This document shows, one piece after another, positions 1 through 8,743 of a stretch of DNA of 64,000 bases. Below the pieces are notes generated by a model. The model worked only from the letters and a program-made list of their open reading frames with translations. It ran no database searches and was not told where the DNA came from. The translations under genes were made by a program, and so were the position numbers. The stretch's first letter is position 1. Every line of letters begins with the position of its first letter. The DNA is from an uncultured Bacilli bacterium (GTDB lineage Bacteria; Bacillota_I; Bacilli_A; RF39; UBA660), in assembly GCA_944363715.1 (NCBI GenBank), contig CALVUX010000007.1:1636-65635 (forward strand), read 5' to 3'.

Positions 1-60
1 ATTACTTTACTTTAGATTTAGTTTAGTATATAATATGTTTTATTAGAAAGAGGGGTATTT

Positions 61-615
61 ATGATTAATGGTAAAGAAAAGTTTGATTATCCTTTAGAGA
101 TTATGAAAGATAGGAAAAAGTTTATTGATAAAGAGACAAGTAAAAATGGTAATCTTTCTATTAATAGTTATAACTTGTTGTTAAAACAAATAGGTGTTGA
201 TATTTATGATAGTATAAATAATTTAAAAGAATGGAACAGTTTTACTATAAAAGGGTCTTTATATGTAAGAAGTACCTTAGGTATATTTATTCCTAGAAAA
301 AAAGAACTTAGAAAAATGATTTTATTGGGACTAGATAGTGGTACAATAGCTTTTGATAATTATAAGAAAGTTTTAGAAGGATTAGATATTACAAATGATA
401 CAAGAAAACTTGATGATATTAAAGTTTTAATAGAACAGTTATATAATGCAGAGGTTTATGCTGATAATTATGATGACTATATGAATAATTTAATGGCAAG
501 AAATTTAACTAAATATTTAGATGGAGATTATAATTATAACTATTTAGTAGAAATGGATGAAAGAAGAGAGAAAGTTTTAGAGTTAGAAAAGAAGTATTCA
601 CTTAATAGAAAGTGA
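61..615 (+). CDS. hypothetical protein (184 aa), directly upstream of the ATPase/RloB-like pair
   Basis: Intact ORF with a purine-rich SD (AGAGGGG) a few nt before the ATG. I recognise no motif. Confidence 0.55.
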   Translation: MINGKEKFDYPLEIMKDRKKFIDKETSKNGNLSINSYNLLLKQIGVDIYDSINNLKEWNSFTIKGSLYVRSTLGIFIPRKKELRKMILLGLDSGTIAFDNYKKVLEGLDITNDTRKLDDIKVLIEQLYNAEVYADNYDDYMNNLMARNLTKYLDGDYNYNYLVEMDERREKVLELEKKYSLNRK

Positions 616-671
616 TATTTTCTTACGTTTTATGCCGAAAATCACAAATAAAATGTATTTTTTTGAATAAA

Positions 672-680
672 TGTGGTATA
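672..680 (+). promoter_or_regulatory. extended -10 promoter element (TGgTATAAT) for the ATPase gene
   Basis: TGTGGTATAAT lies about 25 nt upstream of the GGAGG SD of the ATPase gene. Confidence 0.4.
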
Positions 681-705
681 ATTAATTGTGAAATGGAGGT
701 TTGAA

Positions 706-1845
706 ATGAAATTATTAAGAGTAGTTGCAAATAATTTTAAATTGTGTGAAGATAATTTTACTATTGATTTTGTACCTAAAGCTAATAAGACTTCTGATGA
801 TAAAGAATTTGAACTTCATGAAATAGCTGAAGGATTATATACTTTTACAACAGTAGGAATAATTGGTAAAAATGCTTCTGGGAAAACAATGACTGTAGAA
901 TTGTTATCTATTATTTATGATATATTTTCTAATTTTAGAATAAAAAGTTCAATAGATATTTTTAAATATACCAATAAGCCTATAAATATAGACATTTGTT
1001 TTTATCATGATAATTATTTATATAGATATGTTACAGATTTATATAGCAATTCACTTGATGATACAATAGTTTTGTTTAAAAATCAAAAATTGTACAAAAG
1101 AGAATATCAAAAAACATATGGTTGTAATGAAAATAAATTATTTGCATATGAAAAATATCAAGAAGTTATTAATAATATAGATTTACCTGAAGACACATCA
1201 ATTATTTATTCATTATTTAAAAATATTACTATGAGAGGTTTATATTGCCCAAGTGATGATTTTGCATATCGTAATTATGTTAATGCTTTTAGTCTTTATA
1301 AATTATTAAATAATAATTTAGATATAATATCATCTATTTTAAAAATGTTTGATGAACATCTTGGAACAATTGAAATGATCAATGAAAATAAATTTAAGAT
1401 AGTTTACTCAGATAGAAAAACAAAAGAAGTTTCAATAAAGGAGTTGTATGCTATTTTATCTAGCGGAACTACTAAAGGTTTTTGTTTATTTACGTTTGTT
1501 GTTTTTTCACTTAAAAGTGGGTGTGATCTTATAATTGATGAGATAGAAAATCATTTTCATAAAACTCTTGTAGAGAATTTAGTTAATTTATATAAAGATA
1601 AATCAGTAAATAAGAAAAATGCTACTTTAATTTTTACTACTCATTATTGTGAACTTTTAGATTTATTTAATAGAAATGATAACATTTATATTAGTAAATA
1701 CGATAAAAATATAACATTAGAAAATATGCATATGAAATATAATTTTAGACCTGAATTATCAAAAAGTAATAAATTTTATGCAAATGCCTTTGATACAAAT
1801 GTTAATTATGAATCATTGATGAGTTTTAAAAAGGAATTAATGTAA
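706..1845 (+). CDS. AAA_21/ABC-like ATPase, candidate defence-system ATPase (AbiLi/RloA/OLD-ATPase-like)
   Basis: Walker A GKNASGKT, Walker B LIIDEIENHFH and an FTTHY motif. A GGAGG SD lies 6 nt before the ATG at 706; the track ORF starts at GTG 688. Confidence 0.7.
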   Translation: MKLLRVVANNFKLCEDNFTIDFVPKANKTSDDKEFELHEIAEGLYTFTTVGIIGKNASGKTMTVELLSIIYDIFSNFRIKSSIDIFKYTNKPINIDICFYHDNYLYRYVTDLYSNSLDDTIVLFKNQKLYKREYQKTYGCNENKLFAYEKYQEVINNIDLPEDTSIIYSLFKNITMRGLYCPSDDFAYRNYVNAFSLYKLLNNNLDIISSILKMFDEHLGTIEMINENKFKIVYSDRKTKEVSIKELYAILSSGTTKGFCLFTFVVFSLKSGCDLIIDEIENHFHKTLVENLVNLYKDKSVNKKNATLIFTTHYCELLDLFNRNDNIYISKYDKNITLENMHMKYNFRPELSKSNKFYANAFDTNVNYESLMSFKKELM

Positions 1846-2376
1846 ATGAAATATTTAATTATGTGTGAAGGTACTAATGAAGAAACACTAATAAATTTGT
1901 TACTTGATAACAATAAATTAAAAGTTACAAGGGATGATTTGATAGGTAGAAGACCATATAATGTAAGACAACTTAAAAATCCAGTAATTAAAACTGAATT
2001 AAAACATTATAATAACTCCGTTATTATTTATAGAATAGGTGATACTCAAAAAGATGTGTTAGTGATACCTAAAGATTTAAAGAAGATTGTTTTAAGGGAG
2101 AATATTTTTAAGTTTTGTACTAAACCTGAAATGGAAATATTACTTATAATAAATGAAAATTTAATAAATGAATTTAATAAAAGTAAAGAAAGTCCTAAGG
2201 ATTTTGCTAAAAGAAATATTATATATGATGGTGTAAGATATAATCAATCTAATGTGTTTTTAGAAAATTATTATAGTGGGAAAAGAATAAATAAACTTGT
2301 CGATAATATTAAAAAATATAAACATATGAAGAAACATGATAAAGATGAGTTGTATCTTGCAGATTTATTAAAATAA
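1846..2376 (+). CDS. RloB-like / Toprim-like partner protein (176 aa)
   Basis: The N-terminus YLIMCEGTNEE carries the CEGxxxE Toprim/RloB-type motif. There is also an acidic GDTQKD and KPEMEILLII, which resembles the RloB NPxFE-WLLL motif. The ATG abuts the ATPase stop (TAAATG). Confidence 0.5.
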   Translation: MKYLIMCEGTNEETLINLLLDNNKLKVTRDDLIGRRPYNVRQLKNPVIKTELKHYNNSVIIYRIGDTQKDVLVIPKDLKKIVLRENIFKFCTKPEMEILLIINENLINEFNKSKESPKDFAKRNIIYDGVRYNQSNVFLENYYSGKRINKLVDNIKKYKHMKKHDKDELYLADLLK

Positions 2377-2420
2377 ATTTTCTATTTACAATTAACTTTT
2401 AAATATGATATAGTAATTCT

Positions 2421-2648
2421 TGAAATGACTGTGATTAAGAAGTAGTAGTAAACGATTTCTTTAAAGAGAGTCTATGGTAGGTGGAAATAGATAAGAATAG
2501 TTTATGAATTCGTCTTAGGAGTTCCTATAACAAAATTATAGGCGTTAATTGCGTTAAGATTAATGAGTTAGTTACAATAACTATAAATTAAGGTGGTACA
2601 GTGTTAGTTCCTTTAACACCCTTAAGTTATAGTTATTTTTTTATTTTT
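2421..2648 (+). promoter_or_regulatory. T-box riboswitch leader, Phe specifier (UUC)
   Basis: Stem I elements AGAGA and GGTGGAAA are present, with the specifier context GAA-UUC-G (UUC at 2509-2511). The T-box sequence AAGGTGGTACAGTG is at 2590-2603. A terminator helix AACTATAAATTAAGG/CCTTAAGTTATAGTT is followed by a T-run. Confidence 0.75.
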
Positions 2649-2661
2649 AAGGGAGGAGTTT

Positions 2662-3153
2662 ATGAGAAGGTTTGTTTTTAAAGATAGTGTATTGTTGGAT
2701 GATTTAGATACTAGTAAAGATATATTGAATTATTTAAAAGAAAAGAAAAATGAGTTGCTAGTGTACTCTAGTTTAAATTACGATAATTTAAATAAAGAGA
2801 TGAAAGATGCTAAACTAGATTCATTTATAGATATAATGATTCCCTATATTAATGAAGAATTATTTAATGATTCTTTTGCTAATGAAAGTTTTTTCCATAA
2901 GATTAGAAATTCAAAGGAAGAATTAATAAAGGAACTATCTAAATATGATGAAATTGATTTTAATGGATATTTTATTGGTATTGCTGCAGAGAAAAGGAGA
3001 ATAGGGGCAAGTAGTACTATACTTATTAGTGATAGAATTACAATGTATGAAGAAGCAAGGAGAAGAATACAAAGTATTTACTATGATAATGGTAAAGAAG
3101 TTATTGGTGGTAGAAAGATTAAAACTCTCTCTACTCTTAAAACTATATATTAA
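2662..3153 (+). CDS. hypothetical protein (163 aa), first gene behind the Phe T-box
   Basis: Strong SD (GGGAGGAG) 6 nt before the ATG, immediately after the T-box terminator. It ends 18 nt before pheS. No recognisable motif. Confidence 0.6.
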   Translation: MRRFVFKDSVLLDDLDTSKDILNYLKEKKNELLVYSSLNYDNLNKEMKDAKLDSFIDIMIPYINEELFNDSFANESFFHKIRNSKEELIKELSKYDEIDFNGYFIGIAAEKRRIGASSTILISDRITMYEEARRRIQSIYYDNGKEVIGGRKIKTLSTLKTIY

Positions 3154-3171
3154 TTTAGAAAGGTGATGTTT

Positions 3172-4221
3172 ATGAATATAGAAGATATTAAAAAAGGAAT
3201 TGAGAAAGATTTAGAAAGTGTTAAGGACTTAAAAGAACTTAATGAACTACACGTTAAATATTTAAGTAAGAAAGGTATTATTACAGAACTTAATAGCAAG
3301 ATTAAAGATGTTCCCAATGACAAGAAAAAAGAGTTTGGAATGGAAGTTAATTCACTAAGAACTTACTTTAATGAAAAGTATAATGCATTGAAAGATAAAT
3401 TTGACGAAGAAGAGTTAAATAAAAAGTTAGAAAGTGAATCTATTGATATTAGTCTACCTAGTACAAAGGTGAGTATTGGTTCTCCTAATATCTTAGAGAA
3501 ATTAATAGAAGAAGTAGAAGAAATCTTTATGTCTATGGGTTATGATGTAGTAGATGGACCTGAAGTTGAGGAAGATAAATATAACTTTGAGATGTTAAAT
3601 ATACCTAAAGGACATCCTGCAAGAGATGCTCAAGATACATTCTATATTGAAGGAGAAGAGATTCTACTTAGAAGTCAAACTTCACCAGTTCAAGTTAGGA
3701 CAATGTTAAAAGCAGAAGGTAAGAAGCCAGTTAGAGTTATCTGTCCTGGTAAGACATATAGAAGAGATGATGATGATGCGACTCATTCTCATCAATTTAT
3801 GCAAATAGAAGGATTACTTGTAGATAAAGATATATCATTATCTGACTTAAAAGGTACTTTTGAAGTTGTATTTAAAAAGTTATTTGGTGATAGTGTTGAA
3901 GTTAGATTAAGACCAAGTTATTATCAGTTTACAGAACCATCAGTTGAAGTAGATATTAGTTGTTTTAATTGTAAAGGTGATGGCTGTAATATTTGTAAAA
4001 ATACAGGATTTATTACTATCTGTGGAGCAGGAGTAGTTCATCCAGATGTTCTTAGAATGAGTGGATTTGATCCTAGTGTTTGGTCAGGATTTGCCTTTGG
4101 TTTTGGAGCAGAGAGAGTTGCCATGCTTAAATATGGTATTAATGACTTAAGAGTTTTCTATAATACAGACTTAAGAGAAGTTAATAATTTTGATAGAGGG
4201 GAGATTAGTAGTAATGATTAA
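3172..4221 (+). CDS. pheS: phenylalanine--tRNA ligase alpha subunit
   Basis: Class II motifs FTEPSVEVD, GAGVVHPDVL and GFAFGFGAERVAMLKYGINDLR. An AAAGG SD favours the ATG at 3172 over the track start at 3163 (GTG). Confidence 0.95.
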   Translation: MNIEDIKKGIEKDLESVKDLKELNELHVKYLSKKGIITELNSKIKDVPNDKKKEFGMEVNSLRTYFNEKYNALKDKFDEEELNKKLESESIDISLPSTKVSIGSPNILEKLIEEVEEIFMSMGYDVVDGPEVEEDKYNFEMLNIPKGHPARDAQDTFYIEGEEILLRSQTSPVQVRTMLKAEGKKPVRVICPGKTYRRDDDDATHSHQFMQIEGLLVDKDISLSDLKGTFEVVFKKLFGDSVEVRLRPSYYQFTEPSVEVDISCFNCKGDGCNICKNTGFITICGAGVVHPDVLRMSGFDPSVWSGFAFGFGAERVAMLKYGINDLRVFYNTDLREVNNFDRGEISSND

Positions 4222-6580
4222 TTTAGAATGGGTAAAAGATTATATTGATATAAGCGATCAAGATTTAGAGACGCTTGCAGTTAAAATAACAGAATCTGGT
4301 ATTAATATTGAAAAAGTTATTACTAATAAAATAGATAATTTAGTAATTGGTAAAGTTGTTAGTTGTATAGACCATCCTGATAGTGATCATTTACATTTAT
4401 GTCAGGTAGATATAGGTAAAGATGAATTACAACAAATAGTCTGTGGTGCTCCTAATGTAAAAAAAGGACTTAAAGTAATAGTAGCATTACCAGGGGCTGT
4501 CTTACCAGGAGACTTTGCTATTAAATCAAGTAAGATTAGAGGAGTAGAATCTAATGGTATGATTTGTGCTTTATATGAATTGGGTCTTGAAGAGAAAACT
4601 GATGAGACTTATGCTAAAGGTATTGAAGAATTAAATGAAAATGCTCCTGTTGGAAAAGATCCTCTTGTATACTTAGGTCTAGAAGATACTTTATATGAAT
4701 TAGATATTCATAAACATCGTAATAATGACTGTTACTATCATATCGGTTTTGCTTATGAAATCTCTGCAATATTAAATAGAAAAGTAAAATTACCTGATTT
4801 ATCTTATAGTGAAGATAAAGATAATGTTAATAATCATTTTAAACTAGAAGTTGAAACCTCTAAATGTCCTTATTACTTAGCAAAGATGGTTACTAATGTT
4901 GAAATTAAGGAGTCACCTGACTTTATTAAAAGAAGACTATTATCAGTAGGTATGAGGCCAATAAACAATGTTGTAGATATTTCTAATTATGTTATGTTAG
5001 AGTTTGGTCAACCACTTCACTTCTTTGATAAAGATTCTCTAGGCGATAAAATATTAGTTAGAGATGCTAAAGATAATGAGTTGATTACTACTTTAGATGG
5101 TAAGGAAAGAACTCTTAAATCTAGTGATATTGTTATTAGTAATGGTAGTGACGCTATTTGTGTTGCAGGTGTTATGGGAGGACTTACTACAGAAGTTGAA
5201 GATACTACAAAAAATATCTTGATAGAAGCAGCTATCTTTGATCCTGTTAGTATTAGATATACTGCTAGTCATTTAGAACTTAGAAGTGAAGCTAGTATAA
5301 GATATGGTAAAGGGTTAAGTTACGAATATACTAATATGGCCCTTGATAGAGCTTGCCACTTATTAGAAAAATATGCTAATGCAACTGTTCTTTCTGGAAC
5401 TGTTATGCATGATGAAATAGATAAGACTCCTAAAGTAGTAGAATTCTATCCTATTGAAGTAGATAAAATGCTAGGTATTAAAATAGATGAAGAAGATATG
5501 AAACATGAGTTAGAAAGACTAGACTTTCCATATACTATTAAAGATGGTAAATTTACTGTAACTATTCCTAGTAGAAGACTAGATATTGATTCTAATGTTA
5601 ATGATATAGCAGAAGAAATTGGTAGGCTTTATGGTTATCAAAATATAAAAGGAACTCTTCCTAATATTGAAGTAAAAAGAGGTGAGTATGTAGGAGATGT
5701 TAAATACCGTAAAGCTATATCTAAACGTCTTAGAAGTTTAGGACTTAATGAAGTTAAAACTTATACTTTAGTATCACCTTCAATGGCTAGTAGTTTTGAT
5801 TATGAAGAAAAAGAAAGAATTACTTTACCTAATCCTATGAGTATTGATAAGAGTGTTGTTAGAACAAGTTTAATTCCATCATTAATGAATGTTTATAATT
5901 ATAATAAAGCTCGTAAAGTTGAAGATATAAATATCTATGAGATTGCTAAAACTTATGATAAATCTTATAATGAAGAATCTAAAATAACATTCTTAATGAA
6001 AGGTAATTATATTACTAATTCTTGGAAAGGCTCTATGAAAGTAGACTTCTATCTAATGAAAGGAATAGTAGAAAGTATTCTTGATTATCTAGGTTTTAAA
6101 AATCGTTATAGCTTTGTTAAAAGTAATGTCTCAGACTTACATCCAGGAATTTCTGCAGATATTTTACTTGACCGTAAAAGAATAGGTATTATGGGTAGAG
6201 TTCATCCTAAAGTATGTAAAGATGAAGTATATGTGTGTGAGTTATCTTTAAATGCTTTAATGACTAAAGTTAAACCATTAAAATATAAAGAAGCATCAAA
6301 ATATCCAACAATCGTTAAAGATGTAGCATTCATTGTTCCTAAGACTATGTCATCAAGTGAAGTAGAGACAGTTATTAAAAAAGCAGGAGGAAGATTACTT
6401 AGTGACATTAAGGTATTCGATGTTTATGAAAAACTTGATAATAATAAAAAATCTATTGCCTATAACTTAACATTTATGGATAGTAATAGAACTTTAACTG
6501 ATGAAGAAGTTATGAATGTCTTTGATAATATTATTAAGAAAGTAACAACATCTTTAGATGTAGAATTAAGAGATAAATAA
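4214..6580 (+). CDS. pheT: phenylalanine--tRNA ligase beta subunit
   Basis: tRNA-binding domain (VVSCIDHPDSDHLHLCQVDIG) plus B3/4, B5 and C-terminal FDX-ACB regions. The likely start MINLEW at 4214 overlaps the pheS stop by 8 nt. Confidence 0.95.
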   Translation: MINLEWVKDYIDISDQDLETLAVKITESGINIEKVITNKIDNLVIGKVVSCIDHPDSDHLHLCQVDIGKDELQQIVCGAPNVKKGLKVIVALPGAVLPGDFAIKSSKIRGVESNGMICALYELGLEEKTDETYAKGIEELNENAPVGKDPLVYLGLEDTLYELDIHKHRNNDCYYHIGFAYEISAILNRKVKLPDLSYSEDKDNVNNHFKLEVETSKCPYYLAKMVTNVEIKESPDFIKRRLLSVGMRPINNVVDISNYVMLEFGQPLHFFDKDSLGDKILVRDAKDNELITTLDGKERTLKSSDIVISNGSDAICVAGVMGGLTTEVEDTTKNILIEAAIFDPVSIRYTASHLELRSEASIRYGKGLSYEYTNMALDRACHLLEKYANATVLSGTVMHDEIDKTPKVVEFYPIEVDKMLGIKIDEEDMKHELERLDFPYTIKDGKFTVTIPSRRLDIDSNVNDIAEEIGRLYGYQNIKGTLPNIEVKRGEYVGDVKYRKAISKRLRSLGLNEVKTYTLVSPSMASSFDYEEKERITLPNPMSIDKSVVRTSLIPSLMNVYNYNKARKVEDINIYEIAKTYDKSYNEESKITFLMKGNYITNSWKGSMKVDFYLMKGIVESILDYLGFKNRYSFVKSNVSDLHPGISADILLDRKRIGIMGRVHPKVCKDEVYVCELSLNALMTKVKPLKYKEASKYPTIVKDVAFIVPKTMSSSEVETVIKKAGGRLLSDIKVFDVYEKLDNNKKSIAYNLTFMDSNRTLTDEEVMNVFDNIIKKVTTSLDVELRDK

Positions 6581-6630
6581 TAAAGTTAAAAGGAAACAAA
6601 AGACTGTGATGAAAAAATTACAAAAATAGC

Positions 6631-6660
6631 TTTACATACTAGTACCACTTATGATATAAT
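6631..6660 (+). promoter_or_regulatory. sigma-A type promoter (TTTACA-N18-TGaTATAAT)
   Basis: -35 TTTACA at 6631-6636 and an extended -10 TGATATAAT ending at 6660. It sits about 260 nt upstream of the SDR start codon. Confidence 0.6.
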
Positions 6661-6730
6661 TTAATTGCATTAGATGAGGGGAACTTCATATAATATAGAA
6701 GTAAGTTGATTTTCTTTTTACGGAGATGTT

Positions 6731-6819
6731 CTCGCTTGTAGATGGATGCGAGTAATAAATTATTCTACACTGCAGATTATCTCGCTTGTAGATGGCCCGC
6801 GAGTAATAAATTATTCTAC
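6731..6819 (+). repeat. two tandem ~38-nt units (period 50 nt), each foldable into an H-type pseudoknot; candidate tandem riboswitch aptamers
   Basis: The units are 6731-6768 and 6781-6819: CTCGCTTGTAGATGG-(ATG/CCCG)-CGAGTAATAAATTATTCTAC. S1 is CUCGC/GCGAG and S2 is GUAGA/UCUAC. The units differ only in loop L2. Confidence 0.6.
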
Positions 6820-6843
6820 TAGAAAATCATATATACTGTAAAA

Positions 6844-6880
6844 AAGTATCTAATTTTTAATAAATTATTTACTTTTTTCT
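6844..6880 (+). terminator. AU-rich intrinsic terminator/attenuator in the SDR leader
   Basis: AAGUA-UC-UAAUUU / AAAUUA-UU-UACUU hairpin (6844-6874) followed by UUUUCUUUU. The 5' arm can alternatively pair with the tail of pseudoknot unit 2. Confidence 0.4.
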
Positions 6881-6919
6881 TTTGTCTATCTATACTTTAG
6901 TTAGAAAGGTAGGATTTAT

Positions 6920-7801
6920 ATGAAAGATTATTTTGGTTATAAGGATAAAGTTTGTGTAGTAACAGGAGCTAGTAGCGGTATGGGTAAGGCAACAGTAGAA
7001 ATGTTAGTTGATTTAGGAGCTAGTTGTTATGCCGTTGACTTAAATTCTTGTGATGTTAAGGGAATAACTGAGTTTATTAAATGTGATTTATCTAAAAAAG
7101 AAGAAATAGATAACTTATTTAGTAAACTTCCTGAACATATTGACTGTTTTTTTGGAGTAGCAGGACTATCAGGTTCTAAAACGGATTATATGACAACTTT
7201 TAATTGTAACTATACTGCAAACTTCTATATTACAGAAGAGTATTTAACTAAGAGGATGAGTAAAGGTGGAAGTATTGTCTATGTAACTAGTACTGCAGGT
7301 CTTAATTGGAAAGAGTTTAGAAAAGAGCAAAGTAAAGTAGTAAATGCAAGTACTTGGGAAGAAGTAGAGAGGGTAGTAGAACCTCTTGCAAAAATATCTC
7401 CTTCAACTTTTGCCTATATGTATTCTAAAAGATGTTTATCAGAGTATGCATGTGAAGCATCAGTTAAACTAGGTAAACAAGGTATTAGAGTTAATAATGT
7501 AATGCCAGGCTCTACTGATACAGGCATGAAAGATGAATTTGAAAAGATGGCTGGTGGAGAAGAAGCTTTACTTGCTGAAACAGGAGTCGCTCATCGTCTT
7601 GCTACTAGTGAGGAAATGGCAGGACCTATTGTATTTTTAGGATCCAGCATGGCTAGTTTTATCTCTGGAGTAGATTTGTGTGTTGATTCTAGTGATAGTT
7701 CTCTAAAAACACTAGGTTATAAGAAAGACAGAGAAAAAGTACCTGCAACTAATAAATTTATCTTAAAAATGGCTAAGAAAATGATGGAAAAGAATAAATA
7801 A
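6920..7801 (+). CDS. short-chain dehydrogenase/reductase (SDR) family oxidoreductase
   Basis: Cofactor motif VTGASSGMGKA, catalytic YxxxK (YMYSK) and NNVMPGSTDT. Confidence 0.85.
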   Translation: MKDYFGYKDKVCVVTGASSGMGKATVEMLVDLGASCYAVDLNSCDVKGITEFIKCDLSKKEEIDNLFSKLPEHIDCFFGVAGLSGSKTDYMTTFNCNYTANFYITEEYLTKRMSKGGSIVYVTSTAGLNWKEFRKEQSKVVNASTWEEVERVVEPLAKISPSTFAYMYSKRCLSEYACEASVKLGKQGIRVNNVMPGSTDTGMKDEFEKMAGGEEALLAETGVAHRLATSEEMAGPIVFLGSSMASFISGVDLCVDSSDSSLKTLGYKKDREKVPATNKFILKMAKKMMEKNK

Positions 7802-7834
7802 AAATGTTAGGAGTTGATTTCCTAACATTTTTTA
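7801..7834. terminator. bidirectional intrinsic terminator
   Basis: AAAATGTTAGG-N9-CCTAACATTTTTT hairpin between the convergent SDR and transglutaminase-like genes. Confidence 0.7.
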
Positions 7835-8743
7835 AACAGCTAACTCACTATAAACATTTTTATCATAATTATGTTGTTCTCCTTCTAATTCACTTAACTC
7901 ACTTGTAGTTATTAAGAAGAAGTTATATTCTAAGATATCACTACCATCAGTAGTAATAGGATCATCCCAAGTAAGATCTAAGTGATACCAAGCATTATTT
8001 AAATAAACGGCATTCCAAACATGATTTTCTGAAGATATCTTGTAACTTTTTATTCCCATATCTTCTAAAAATAATTCCATAGCATCAGTATAACCACCAC
8101 ATAAACTATAACCTTCTAAAAGGCTACCATAAGCAGTATCTGATTTATATTTAACAATATTGTTATCACTTCTATCTTTATCATACTTACTATTATTAAT
8201 AATATAATTATGGGCTTCCTTAATCTTATCTTCATTACTCATAGAACTATTCCATATTTCTTTTTCTATTTTTTCAACTTTAGCATTTATTAATTTAATA
8301 TCATTATTACTATAAATATGTTCAATCTTTAAAGTAACTTTACCATAATCATCATAACTTGTTTCTAAATGTCTAAAACTATTGAAAGGATGAACAAAGT
8401 TATTGATAGTAGAAAGAACTTTTTGATTATTAGCAAGACTATCAACATCATTTATACATTCTGAATACTCATCAGTACAGTAAAATGAGAATTCTTCTTC
8501 ACCAGAGTTTAAAACAGTATAGTAGATATTTAATAAATCTTGATAATTACTAGGAGTAAAATCATCAGTTCTTTTAACATAATTAAAATCATAATCCCTT
8601 GTATAATCATTAGATGCAGTCAAAGTAACTTCCTTTTCTTCTTTAACAAAATAAGTTCTATATAAATTATATAAAGGCCGTCTAAAGGCAAAAGTAAATC
8701 CAAATAAAATAACTAAAATTAATAAAACAATGTATTTCTTCAT
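7832..8743 (-). CDS. membrane-anchored transglutaminase-like domain protein
   Basis: N-terminal TM segment. Transglutaminase core CGGYTDAM ... HVWNAVY ... HLDLTWDD (Cys-His-Asp). Confidence 0.8.
   Translation of the reverse strand: MKKYIVLLILVILFGFTFAFRRPLYNLYRTYFVKEEKEVTLTASNDYTRDYDFNYVKRTDDFTPSNYQDLLNIYYTVLNSGEEEFSFYCTDEYSECINDVDSLANNQKVLSTINNFVHPFNSFRHLETSYDDYGKVTLKIEHIYSNNDIKLINAKVEKIEKEIWNSSMSNEDKIKEAHNYIINNSKYDKDRSDNNIVKYKSDTAYGSLLEGYSLCGGYTDAMELFLEDMGIKSYKISSENHVWNAVYLNNAWYHLDLTWDDPITTDGSDILEYNFFLITTSELSELEGEQHNYDKNVYSELAV

Noticed and set aside
3163-4213. The longer track starts for several genes: pheS GTG 3163, pheT 4190, ATPase GTG 688, YjcZ-like 9725, comEA 11072, pilC 16745, 736-aa protein 27194, TPR 37705, pilin 44705, tmk 49277, CDF 52526 and permease 57177.
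   Set aside because: In each case an internal ATG with a properly spaced GGAGG/AAGGAG-type SD, or a stop-start overlap with the upstream gene, gives a start that fits the known N-terminus of the family. The upstream extensions begin at non-ATG codons without an SD.
6731-6819. The TCTAC...GTAGAT elements resemble the Cas12a direct-repeat handle (AATTTCTAC-loop-GTAGAT), which suggested a mini CRISPR array or a TnpB/Cas12-related guide RNA.
   Set aside because: Almost the entire 50-nt period is conserved between units, so there are no variable spacers. The TCTAC/GTAGA pair across units is separated by 20 nt rather than 3-5 nt. No cas12 gene is nearby and the TnpB elements are more than 12 kb away with their own right-end RNAs. 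A cis-regulatory pseudoknot leader explains the sequence better.
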